A stretch of DNA of 64,000 nt from a virus. The DNA is taken from IMG/VR virus record IMGVR_UViG_3300042291_000957, positions 26,420 through 90,419 of that record; one strand, 5' to 3'. Positions 27,003 to 35,590 of the stretch are shown here, one piece after another. A model generated the notes under the pieces. It did no database searches and was not told the DNA's origin. It was given only the letters and a program-made list of their open reading frames with translations. The first letter of the stretch is position 1. Every line of letters starts with the position of its first letter. The position numbers and the translations under genes are program-made.

Positions 27003-28997
27003 TTAATAGCCTGCAAGTTCTCTAATACGAGCAAGTTCTGCAATCTGCGGATCTTGCTGTTGTGGAGCCATTCTTTCTACCATTTTGCGAGCAACCATTT
27101 CTGCCTGTTCGCCAAACTTCTTGCCTACCATAATAGCAACGCCTTCTGGGCCTTTAGGGAATGTGCCTGATTCACGATCATAAAATGTATGAACAAATTC
27201 TGCTAACTCTTGAACATTCATTTTAGACTGCATGCCTCGTTGTGCTAATGCTTTAGCACTATCTTGACCTGTTCGGTTCGGATTGTTGGGCTTTTTAAAA
27301 TTTGACTTTTCATCATCTGCATCCCAAGGAGGAGAATTGTCATCGTCGTCTTTTTTAGACGGTTCAGTGTCAGCTTCTCCCATACCTAGTTCTTGTTTTC
27401 TACGTGCTAGACCAGCGGAGCTAGTTGGCGATTTTGTTTTCTCGTCATCTATATCCTTGGTGCTCATTTTCCAATCATCGTCGCCTTTGGCTTTTCTCAT
27501 AAAAGCAGGAACATCACTTTTATTTGGACCATCGGATCCTTCTTGTGGTGCTTCTGGCGCTGTTATATCACCCCCTTGGTCAGTCGCCGGCGCTTCACCT
27601 TCTGGCGGAACAAAATCTCCAAAGTCTAGTTGTTCTAGAGTATCCGGCGCATTTTGTTCTAACCATTCTTTTACTAGACCCCTTACACAACTGTCCGGGT
27701 CTTGTTTTGATTGTTCTTTTATTTCTTGAAATAATTGTGGATCTTCAATTATGCCTTTTAGGCTTTCAATAGCATTTGTGCCATCGACACCTGCTGGAAA
27801 ATGTTGTCCTACTAATTCTTGTAATTCTTTTATGGCTGCTGATTTTTCTTCTTCATCTTCGCTGGAAATTGCCGAAGCTTCTCCTAGCCCCATTGCCCAA
27901 GTTTCAAATCTAGCAAATGGATCGTTGTAATTTACACTAACCTCGTTTTCTACTACGTCTGGTTGTGTCATTTCGACTATGTCGTCATAGCCTATTTCGC
28001 TTTCTTTCATTAGTCTATATAGAACAGGAAATACTGATTTGATATCTTCTTTGAAATTTCTTACTGTGAATTGATCTGTGTACTGTTCTACTACGTCTTG
28101 TGGAATCTCTACGGGTTCCATTGCCTGGAAATTTTCTTTGTATGCCTCGTAATGACCTTGTTTGGCCAGTGCTTTGATTTGTTCTCTTAGACCATTTAGA
28201 TACTGCGACGATCTTTCTACAATAGAGTTGTTCATTGAATTCATTAGGTCATTGCGCACGACATAACTTTCAAAACTTTTTAGTTGCGCAATTTCTTCAC
28301 TCATACCTACAATACTTTTTCCAAGGTCATCGTAAGGTAATCCACCATTGGCCACGTGACGTTGCATTGCACGAGCGCCAGCTAGATGGATAAAGGGATA
28401 TTTGAATCTTTCACCGTCTTGATTTTCCACAAACAATGCGCCGATGTTTCTTGTTCTACTACCAGGGGCAGTGTCGTCCATAACTGCTTTGCTGTGTTTG
28501 ATGATTAGACGTGTGTCCATTAATTTTTGGAAGCTGACGTTCTTGCTGCCATACATTGCGCTTTCGCTCATAATTGATTCTCCAACAGTGGGGGATGTAT
28601 TTGGTTGTGATTGTTTGGGCGTATTATACTGACTTAGAAATGCAAAGTCTCTACGATCTAAATTGTCTTTGGCAATATCTCTAGTATCAAAGCTCATCAA
28701 TCTTCTTTTTGCAAATAACCGTAATTCTTTTAGAAATCCATACCATCCTTCTTTCTGGGTGGTGTCCATGCTTTCTGTAATACCTGTACTAAAATAAACT
28801 TTGATAGAATTATTTTCAGCAAGACTAATACTTACATGGCCAATTGCCGCTTCACCGTCTTTGTAATCAAAATCAAAGAATCTTGCTTCTTCGGGATTGA
28901 TAGTGATAGCACCGGTATCATTTCCTAATTTTAGGCCAGAAAATCTACTACGTATTTTGTAGAATAGATCAGTGGCAATGTTGTTTGTTGCATCCAT
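27003..28997 (-). CDS. Large hypothetical late protein, possibly head-associated
   Basis: TAAATA 5 nt before ATG 28997; acidic low-complexity linker; C-terminus ELARIRELAGY; follows the terminase gene. Confidence 0.6.
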   Translation of the reverse strand: MDATNNIATDLFYKIRSRFSGLKLGNDTGAITINPEEARFFDFDYKDGEAAIGHVSISLAENNSIKVYFSTGITESMDTTQKEGWYGFLKELRLFAKRRLMSFDTRDIAKDNLDRRDFAFLSQYNTPKQSQPNTSPTVGESIMSESAMYGSKNVSFQKLMDTRLIIKHSKAVMDDTAPGSRTRNIGALFVENQDGERFKYPFIHLAGARAMQRHVANGGLPYDDLGKSIVGMSEEIAQLKSFESYVVRNDLMNSMNNSIVERSSQYLNGLREQIKALAKQGHYEAYKENFQAMEPVEIPQDVVEQYTDQFTVRNFKEDIKSVFPVLYRLMKESEIGYDDIVEMTQPDVVENEVSVNYNDPFARFETWAMGLGEASAISSEDEEEKSAAIKELQELVGQHFPAGVDGTNAIESLKGIIEDPQLFQEIKEQSKQDPDSCVRGLVKEWLEQNAPDTLEQLDFGDFVPPEGEAPATDQGGDITAPEAPQEGSDGPNKSDVPAFMRKAKGDDDWKMSTKDIDDEKTKSPTSSAGLARRKQELGMGEADTEPSKKDDDDNSPPWDADDEKSNFKKPNNPNRTGQDSAKALAQRGMQSKMNVQELAEFVHTFYDRESGTFPKGPEGVAIMVGKKFGEQAEMVARKMVERMAPQQQDPQIAELARIRELAGY

Positions 28998-29008
28998 AGT
29001 TATATTTA

Positions 29009-30598
29009 TCAAAACCCGCTACTGACAAAGATCGGCATTGGCATTTGATCTTCTGTGAGTTTTTCTGTCATTTTTTCGTAGATTTTAGGATCCCAATCGC
29101 TGAGAATAGTGGCCATACGCAGTATTAGTAATGTTGCACTCACAAGATCGTCGTGTTCTCCGGTCTTGGCTCCAAATCCTACTCCGTGAGCTACAAAAGT
29201 TTTTAATTCGGAAATCAAAGGCTTACTATTGATCTTCATCTTTTGTGTTTCTAGCATATGCTTGAGCTGACTGCAGGTGGTTATTTTTGTACGGTGTGTA
29301 GTGTTAAATCCCTTACGGAATTTTCGAACATGACCTTTACGTATAGGCTCACTTAGGAACAGTCCAGGAAAGTTTTCTTCACCTATATTATTGATCACAA
29401 TTAATGCAGCTTCACCTAAGGTGTTATTTTCTACACTGTAGTAGATCTGCGAACTTGCACCACCTAGTTCTGTGCTTCTGTCTTGAATATATTTGCAGAC
29501 TTCTCTTAGGTGTTTTACTTGAGTTTGTATAGGAGTTAGATTGTGACGCCACTCGGCTACCTGAATCATACTAGGCATTTCAAACACCTGGATGGCAGCA
29601 TAGTCTCCACCAGTACCAAGACTGGGATCTAATGATACTAGATAGGTGCATCTAGAATCAATTTCTTTATACCAACGTGTTTGGCCCATGGTCATTATGG
29701 GATCGACACCTTTAAGTTCTGCAAGTTTAACAGCATTGATCAGTGTTTCATCAAAGATTAAAAATTCGCAATCAAATTCTCTACGAAATCGCTCGTCCCC
29801 TATTTTGGCTCGTTCTGTTTGTGCCCAGGCATCGTCGCGATCAGGGTGTTCATTCCAGTGTGCAAAAAAACTGTGAAATCCGTTGGCTCCTAATGGAGTT
29901 TCATTGCCAAATTCATCAAAACGTTTTTGAGCTTCTGTCCAAATAAGTGCAAACTGATCTTCGTCTGAGTTTGGAGTTGATGTAATAATACATTTACCAC
30001 CAGTTGACAGGGTTGGTGATAATGCAGTCCAAAACTCTTTGGCTTTTTCTGGGGGTTGTACAAATGCAAACTCATCGCAATAGATCAATGAAAGAGATTT
30101 ACCACGACCTGTATTTTCTGTAGTTGTCACTGCCTGTATACGAGCGCCGTTGTCATATTCGATGGTATTTCTGTTATACGAATAAACGCCAGCACGAATA
30201 AAGTCTGGCAAGTTTTCATAGCCGAATCGATAACGATTCATAATATCCTGCGCACCTTCATATTTGTGAGCGGCAATAAGCACTTGTGCTTCTGGAACAA
30301 ACTGTGTGTACCATAATAGGTATCCTGTGGCACAGGTAGTTTTGCCCATCTGACGAGGTAGCATACCAATAGACTGTTTATAGTTGTGGTATGATTGAAT
30401 CAATCGTTCTTGATACTCGTAGGGTACAAAAGGAATTGATCCTCGTACAGGATGTTGAATCTTTAAAAAGTTTTTACAAAAATACAGCGGACCGTTAACA
30501 GGATCCATACAGGCTTCTAGATGCTTGACTTCCTCTAACGTGTATCGTTGAGGTGCGTGTGCTTTCTTAATTAAATTACCGTCTAGTGATTTTGCCAT
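29009..30598 (-). CDS. Terminase large subunit (gp17-like)
   Basis: YQ, PRQMGKTT (Walker A), GRG, YCDEFAF (Walker B), ITSTPN, F.REF.CEF, DPSLG.GGDY and HDDLV motifs. Confidence 0.95.
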   Translation of the reverse strand: MAKSLDGNLIKKAHAPQRYTLEEVKHLEACMDPVNGPLYFCKNFLKIQHPVRGSIPFVPYEYQERLIQSYHNYKQSIGMLPRQMGKTTCATGYLLWYTQFVPEAQVLIAAHKYEGAQDIMNRYRFGYENLPDFIRAGVYSYNRNTIEYDNGARIQAVTTTENTGRGKSLSLIYCDEFAFVQPPEKAKEFWTALSPTLSTGGKCIITSTPNSDEDQFALIWTEAQKRFDEFGNETPLGANGFHSFFAHWNEHPDRDDAWAQTERAKIGDERFRREFDCEFLIFDETLINAVKLAELKGVDPIMTMGQTRWYKEIDSRCTYLVSLDPSLGTGGDYAAIQVFEMPSMIQVAEWRHNLTPIQTQVKHLREVCKYIQDRSTELGGASSQIYYSVENNTLGEAALIVINNIGEENFPGLFLSEPIRKGHVRKFRKGFNTTHRTKITTCSQLKHMLETQKMKINSKPLISELKTFVAHGVGFGAKTGEHDDLVSATLLILRMATILSDWDPKIYEKMTEKLTEDQMPMPIFVSSGF

Positions 30599-30612
30599 AC
30601 TGTTATTTACTG

Positions 30613-30640
30613 AAAAAAATAGGCTCCGAAGAGCCTATTT
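30613..30640 (-). terminator. Rho-independent terminator with cUUCGg tetraloop
   Basis: AAATAGGCTC-TTCG-GAGCCTATTT followed by TTTT. Confidence 0.88.
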
Positions 30641-30657
30641 GAGTTTATGTTGTTATA

Positions 30658-31011
30658 TTAAGCAACAGTAATACTTGTTGCTGCTGTAACGGTAGTTCCT
30701 GTAACGTCAACATCATTAGGGCCAACTACTGTACCTAGGTTTCTAATCCTAGTTTGAATATCTGCTGCTGAAAGACTTAAATCAGTAACAATGTGTATTG
30801 TTCCTGCCGATGAATCAGTTACCAAAAACATCAAAGGATTAATTTCTTTAACAATCATTTCAACTGTTTCGTCTACAGCATCATCTTCTGCTCTTAGATC
30901 TCGTGCGCTTGCTGCTGCATTTTTCACCGTGATTAAAAATGCATTAGCATTTAAATTATACAGGGTGGCTACGGTACAGTTGAGTCCGTTAGTTCTTGTA
31001 AATGATCCCAT
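30658..31011 (-). CDS. Hypothetical small virion protein
   Basis: AAGGAG RBS; Thr/Ala/Val-rich; followed by a strong terminator. Confidence 0.6.
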   Translation of the reverse strand: MGSFTRTNGLNCTVATLYNLNANAFLITVKNAAASARDLRAEDDAVDETVEMIVKEINPLMFLVTDSSAGTIHIVTDLSLSAADIQTRIRNLGTVVGPNDVDVTGTTVTAATSITVA

Positions 31012-31021
31012 TTATAGCTCC

Positions 31022-31897
31022 TTAATCTTTTAATCTACCATCAGCTTCAGCTGACTTTAACATTGCTGCACGGTCTGGATAGCTACCACGCTTGACATCT
31101 TTGGCAGCAGCCTTTTCACCTTTAGTAGGATTCTTAACGTGCTTTAATGCGTCAAACTTTTCAGATTTAGCTTCTGCTAAACGATTACGTAGTTCGTTTC
31201 TAATAGAAGTTCTTAAATCAACAGCTTCAACACGTTGCATAGGGTTGTCGCCGCCTGCTACTTTAGGGTATGTGCCTTTAGGTCCGTTCATACCGCCAGC
31301 AAGTTTGTTCACCATGTAGTCAATGTCTTTGTATTTTTCTTCCGGCTCGTTGGCATATTCATTTTTCTTTTCGTCATCTTTTTCCATGCCGCGATCATCG
31401 TCTTGATCATCTTTATCGCTTGAGACTTTGTCAATGTCATTGTCGTCAGGCATATTGTCAGAGTCCATGTCGCTTGGGCCGCCCATATTATCTGCATCTG
31501 GCTCATCGTGTGGTTTGTCCATGTCTAGATCTGGCAACATTTTTAATGGTCCAGCATCTAGGTTACCGAGATCACCTATAGCAGATATGCTAGGTCCTGG
31601 AGGAGTCAACGATGGCATTGCAGTCATGGTAGGCATTGGCATCATCTTGGATGGCTGGTTAATCATATCTGGATTAACTTTAGTCATAAGTTTCATTAAA
31701 CTTTCAATGTTGTCCATACCTTGTGCATTAAGATTCACACTCATACTAGGATGACTTGGCGGTGGTGTTTGACTAGTCACCGACGGTGGCATACTCATAG
31801 GCATAGGTGCATCACCGCAGGCTTCTGTAGCAGGCATTGATTGTGTAGTTGGTTGATCCAAGTCTCTCATCTTGGCTAACAGTTGATTAAAGTCCAT
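31022..31897 (-). CDS. Hypothetical low-complexity (Met/Pro/Asp-rich) protein
   Basis: Coupled ORF in the late operon; probably disordered. Confidence 0.65.
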   Translation of the reverse strand: MDFNQLLAKMRDLDQPTTQSMPATEACGDAPMPMSMPPSVTSQTPPPSHPSMSVNLNAQGMDNIESLMKLMTKVNPDMINQPSKMMPMPTMTAMPSLTPPGPSISAIGDLGNLDAGPLKMLPDLDMDKPHDEPDADNMGGPSDMDSDNMPDDNDIDKVSSDKDDQDDDRGMEKDDEKKNEYANEPEEKYKDIDYMVNKLAGGMNGPKGTYPKVAGGDNPMQRVEAVDLRTSIRNELRNRLAEAKSEKFDALKHVKNPTKGEKAAAKDVKRGSYPDRAAMLKSAEADGRLKD

Positions 31898-32466
31898 TAT
31901 TTACTCCCCATTGCGCTTTTAAGGCCTAACTTGTCGGTCTTGCCTTTGGGCAGCTTATATTCTGTTGGCCCAGTTTGATCTTTTTTACGTTGTTTTGCAG
32001 TTTTTTCAAGGTCTTTTAAAAAGCCTTTGTTGAAGTCATCACCAAAATAGTCTTTGTGTTTGGCATTTGTATTTTCTTTGTAGTTGGAATCTGTTAACAG
32101 TGCTTGTCCTGATGGTTCGTTGTCTAGCAGAACTTGATCAGCTTCTGTTGGTTCACTACCACCTCGTACACGAAAGCTGGATTCGTCGAGTCCCAGTGCC
32201 TTGACATCATTAGTTATTTCTGGTCCTGTAATAGGATATTCACAAATTACTTCGAACACAGTTACTTCACAATTTTTCATTGTGGGGAAGTCCAGAGGCA
32301 ATGCCTGTATTGGTGTGGTCTTGATTTTTTCTAACTTGATACATTTGCAGCGATCTAGTGCTGTCTTCAAGTTTTCTTGAAAAGCCTCGGGCAATTCTCC
32401 AGCCACTTTGACTTTAAAGTTATAGATTTTTTTGCTTTCGGCAAGATATTCTGTAAATGGTTTCAT
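31897..32466 (-). CDS. Hypothetical late protein
   Basis: N-terminus MKPFTEYLAES resembles T4-type head-targeting leaders; TAAATA 5 nt before ATG. Confidence 0.6.
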   Translation of the reverse strand: MKPFTEYLAESKKIYNFKVKVAGELPEAFQENLKTALDRCKCIKLEKIKTTPIQALPLDFPTMKNCEVTVFEVICEYPITGPEITNDVKALGLDESSFRVRGGSEPTEADQVLLDNEPSGQALLTDSNYKENTNAKHKDYFGDDFNKGFLKDLEKTAKQRKKDQTGPTEYKLPKGKTDKLGLKSAMGSK

Positions 32467-32474
32467 GTTAGTAT

Positions 32475-32963
32475 TTATGCTTTGCCGCTTAATTTCTTAA
32501 TGAGCTCGTTGCGATCTGTAATTACATAACCCTGTCCGTTGATTACATCATTTGGATCTTCGTTATTGTCTTTGTCAATCTTGTATTTTTTAAGCTGTAG
32601 ATCTATGGCTTTGAGCTTTTTATCAATCTTTGCTGCTTTTGCTGTAATAGCATTGCCCATCATAGAACTTGCCACTTCAAATATGCGGCCGCTGTAACGA
32701 ACTTCAACATTCATACCTAGATCCATTAGATCGTCGTAGGCTTTTTCTGCTTTACTAGCAAGATTGTCTAACTCATTATCGTTTAAATCATTTAATTCAA
32801 CTATCTGCGGCAGATTTCTAGTAATTTGATTAACAGCTTCAATGCTTTCATCTAGTGTTTTTACTTCCGTGGCTTTTTCTACTAATTCTTCGTTAATAGA
32901 TTTAGGAACAATGTTTATTTGTTTATCGTCTAAATTAAATAATTCTTCAAGTTTCTTGGTCAT
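32475..32963 (-). CDS. Probable terminase small subunit (gp16-like)
   Basis: 162 aa, helical; RIFEVA.SM resembles the gp16 R.yEV motif; C-terminal DRNELIK; near the large terminase. Confidence 0.5.
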   Translation of the reverse strand: MTKKLEELFNLDDKQINIVPKSINEELVEKATEVKTLDESIEAVNQITRNLPQIVELNDLNDNELDNLASKAEKAYDDLMDLGMNVEVRYSGRIFEVASSMMGNAITAKAAKIDKKLKAIDLQLKKYKIDKDNNEDPNDVINGQGYVITDRNELIKKLSGKA

Positions 32964-32974
32964 AGCAATACTTA

Positions 32975-33412
32975 TCAGCGTTTTGAACCTTGATGGAAAA
33001 TATGTTCCTCGTTGACCACACGAAATTTTATACCTTGCTGCTTACACCATTTAGTAGCAGCTTCCCATTTGGCCATATTCTTTATATATTGTTGTTGATT
33101 ATAAACGCTCTTGCCAACATTGGCCAGCAGCGTTTGACTAGCTGGCTTTACTTCAACCACTTCCGCATGTTTTGCTCCGTTCTTGTCGACGTAGGTAATA
33201 AAAAAATCAGGAACATATATAGTATATTTTCCTGTTAGCGGATCTCTGTAGGGTATTTGTATGCTTTCGCTGGCCCATTTTTCTACCCCTTGATGCTCGT
33301 CTAGCATACGCATGAATACAAATTCCCAACTTGATCTTGCCAATGGTGTTTTGATCCCAACATATTTGCCAGGATTTTTCATTTCGAATCTTCCTTGAGC
33401 AAATTTGGCCAT
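32975..33412 (-). CDS. Head completion nuclease (T4 gp4-like, TnsA-type PD-(D/E)xK fold)
   Basis: G.F...NP.KY.G, RSSWE, WASE...IPY, YVPDF, EVKP and KWEAA..WC motifs. Confidence 0.88.
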   Translation of the reverse strand: MAKFAQGRFEMKNPGKYVGIKTPLARSSWEFVFMRMLDEHQGVEKWASESIQIPYRDPLTGKYTIYVPDFFITYVDKNGAKHAEVVEVKPASQTLLANVGKSVYNQQQYIKNMAKWEAATKWCKQQGIKFRVVNEEHIFHQGSKR

Positions 33413-33783
33413 TATGGTAAAATATTTCTTGTTTGATTTATCTTGATGACATTCACAGCTCTAAATCCCAATGAAGATGTATTAGGACGATATTTGTTGA
33501 GAATCTGTGCGACTACTGCACTAAGTTGGGTACCGTTGAGTTCTTTCAAGGTGTCTAGTATTTCAAAAACTTGGACACCATCAACTTTGGCTTGACGCAG
33601 TATAGTCATTGCTGTGGTTGTAGCAGCTTCTTTTTCAAATCCCTTACTTGTAAAAAATCCTATGCTGGCAGAGACTTCATTGGCTCCGAATTCTAAAGGT
33701 CGGCGGCCGTAGGTATCAAAAAATAATTTTGTACTTGCAGCACTGTCTGTTTTTGTAACTGCTGGTAAATTAATTGAGCTCAT
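33412..33783 (-). CDS. Hypothetical protein in morphogenesis operon
   Basis: Coupled ORF. Confidence 0.65.
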   Translation of the reverse strand: MSSINLPAVTKTDSAASTKLFFDTYGRRPLEFGANEVSASIGFFTSKGFEKEAATTTAMTILRQAKVDGVQVFEILDTLKELNGTQLSAVVAQILNKYRPNTSSLGFRAVNVIKINQTRNILP

Positions 33784-34862
33784 GGAAATTCCACCGGGCT
33801 TTCATTACTGCTGCCTGATGACTGTGGGAATGTGTTATTAGCTGACTGCGTTTGCAAAACTTTTCTAGTGGCGGTAGTGGCTGCAATAGATCCCAATGCT
33901 GCTCCTATTTTAGGAAAGCTGGCTCCTACAATGCCGCCAACGGTGTTGGCCGCTGTTAAAATATTTGCAGGATTTTTTAATTCTCCAATAACTCCGTCTA
34001 CTGTAGGGAATTGTCCCCCATTGTTTTTGTAGGTATTGATTTGAGAAATTGCTGTGCTTATAAAGCCACCTGGATTTTTTAATATATTCTTTTTAGTTAC
34101 ATCACCAAATACCGATTCAATACCACCTAGCACATCACCGATTGGGCCAAGCACATTACCCAGTCCCAGCGAGCCACCTAAGACATTTGGACTCTGTACA
34201 ACATCGTAGGATAGGCTAGCAAATCCATCGGGCTGTCCATAGGCCACACTGCCCGAAAGATATTTTACGCCTTCGTATTCAACGGTCATTGTGTTATCTA
34301 GTGGTTCATTTGACGAATAGTCCACTTGCCCGTGAGACCAAGATTTAATTCTAGGCGCCATTAGTTCATATCCGTTAAATCTATGCCTACTTAAAGTATA
34401 TAGAGATATTTTTTTAAAAAAGTTTGTTGGAGTAGCAAATCCCATCCCGTATGCTCCAGAATAATTGAACAGACTCATGGGATGATTGATTTGATCGTTT
34501 CCTCCGTCATAGGCATAGTGTGCATAGTAGGCCGAATACAATGAATGCATCAAACCGGCATTGTCATCGTGGAATGTTAAACTAATAGGTTCGTAATTTA
34601 TTTTCTTATAAACGTGTTTGGTACGATTGTACACATTTTTAGTTGACGTGTCAAAGTTAAATTTAGGCAGGTCGGTTGATTTGATTAGTAGGCTAACTTC
34701 ACGTTCAGCTCCCGAGAATACAGCATAATAAAGAAATTTGGTTCTAGGAGTCAGTCGATAGTTGTTGTCAACAAATATTCGTGTGGCATGCTGAAAATTC
34801 CCAACTACTCCTTTGGGTCCTCTGAGAGCACTATTTAAAAATCTTGTAAACTTATTGGCCAT
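33780..34862 (-). CDS. Tail tube-related baseplate/tube-initiator protein (gp54/gp48-like)
   Basis: Tube-fold pattern DLPKF...YN...YEPISLTFHDD...DY....VEYE; adjacent to the tail tube gene. Confidence 0.6.
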   Translation of the reverse strand: MANKFTRFLNSALRGPKGVVGNFQHATRIFVDNNYRLTPRTKFLYYAVFSGAEREVSLLIKSTDLPKFNFDTSTKNVYNRTKHVYKKINYEPISLTFHDDNAGLMHSLYSAYYAHYAYDGGNDQINHPMSLFNYSGAYGMGFATPTNFFKKISLYTLSRHRFNGYELMAPRIKSWSHGQVDYSSNEPLDNTMTVEYEGVKYLSGSVAYGQPDGFASLSYDVVQSPNVLGGSLGLGNVLGPIGDVLGGIESVFGDVTKKNILKNPGGFISTAISQINTYKNNGGQFPTVDGVIGELKNPANILTAANTVGGIVGASFPKIGAALGSIAATTATRKVLQTQSANNTFPQSSGSSNESPVEFP

Positions 34863-34878
34863 ATAATTATTTAGTCAT

Positions 34879-34908
34879 AAAAAAAGCCCGATATATTCGG
34901 GCTTTTTT
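34879..34908. terminator. Intrinsic terminator after tail tube gene (bidirectional architecture)
   Basis: AAAAAAGCCCGA-TATAT-TCGGGCTTTTTT. Confidence 0.85.
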
Positions 34909-34924
34909 GGGATTATGATATTAA

Positions 34925-35560
34925 TCAACCAGGATTGCTACCTACTGCTAGAGCACTAGCGGCTGATCTAGCTGCGCCGGCGGTGCCTATGCCAATAACT
35001 CCAACTGAATCTGGTGTATTCATTGCATTATCATAGACAATAGTCAGAGCCACTGTGGCTGGTTCGTTAGTTGTATAGTTTAAATCACCGTAGTCAGTGT
35101 TTTGCAAGAAACATCCATAACATTCCCAGGTTTCTAAAACTACAGGAGCAGCAGCACCGTTACCACCGTCTAGTATTTCAATACGTGTGGTAAACTTGTA
35201 GTCAATACCAGAGCGGGCGCTAGCCTGCTCATGAAAATCAAACTGTTTCTGAATCTGTTGACCAACTAACTTGATAACATTACTGCTGGCATCGTCTCTG
35301 AGATTCAACGTGATGTTTTCCCAAGTGTACTTGCCTGCAATTTTAATCTTGGAATTGTAAATTTCGATTGGAATTTCCTCAAAGGAAACTTTTGGTCGAG
35401 TAACGTCCATGACCTGTTTGGTAAGTTCTGTACTAGCCGATGTGCCGAAACCCAGTAAAGTAACACGAAAGCGATACTTTAGTTTCGGCATCAACATACC
35501 GGTATTTGAACCAGGACCAGATGGGTTAATCGAGTAGTTTGTTAATGATGTAATTGCCAT
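34925..35560 (-). CDS. Tail tube protein (gp19-like)
   Basis: PKLKYRFRV, RP.VSFEE, AGK.TW..ITL..RDD and W...GCF.....YG.L.Y motifs; follows the sheath gene. Confidence 0.88.
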   Translation of the reverse strand: MAITSLTNYSINPSGPGSNTGMLMPKLKYRFRVTLLGFGTSASTELTKQVMDVTRPKVSFEEIPIEIYNSKIKIAGKYTWENITLNLRDDASSNVIKLVGQQIQKQFDFHEQASARSGIDYKFTTRIEILDGGNGAAAPVVLETWECYGCFLQNTDYGDLNYTTNEPATVALTIVYDNAMNTPDSVGVIGIGTAGAARSAASALAVGSNPG

Positions 35561-35590
35561 TGTCTTATGCTCCGATATTGTATTTATTCA

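Noticed and set aside
13692-30598. Inteins in UvsW, UvsX or terminase
   Set aside because: The proteins are of normal length with contiguous motifs and no C...HN splice signatures.
32975-33412. Tn7 TnsA transposase
   Set aside because: The same fold is used by T4 gp4; the context is morphogenesis and there are no tnsB/tnsC genes or transposon ends.
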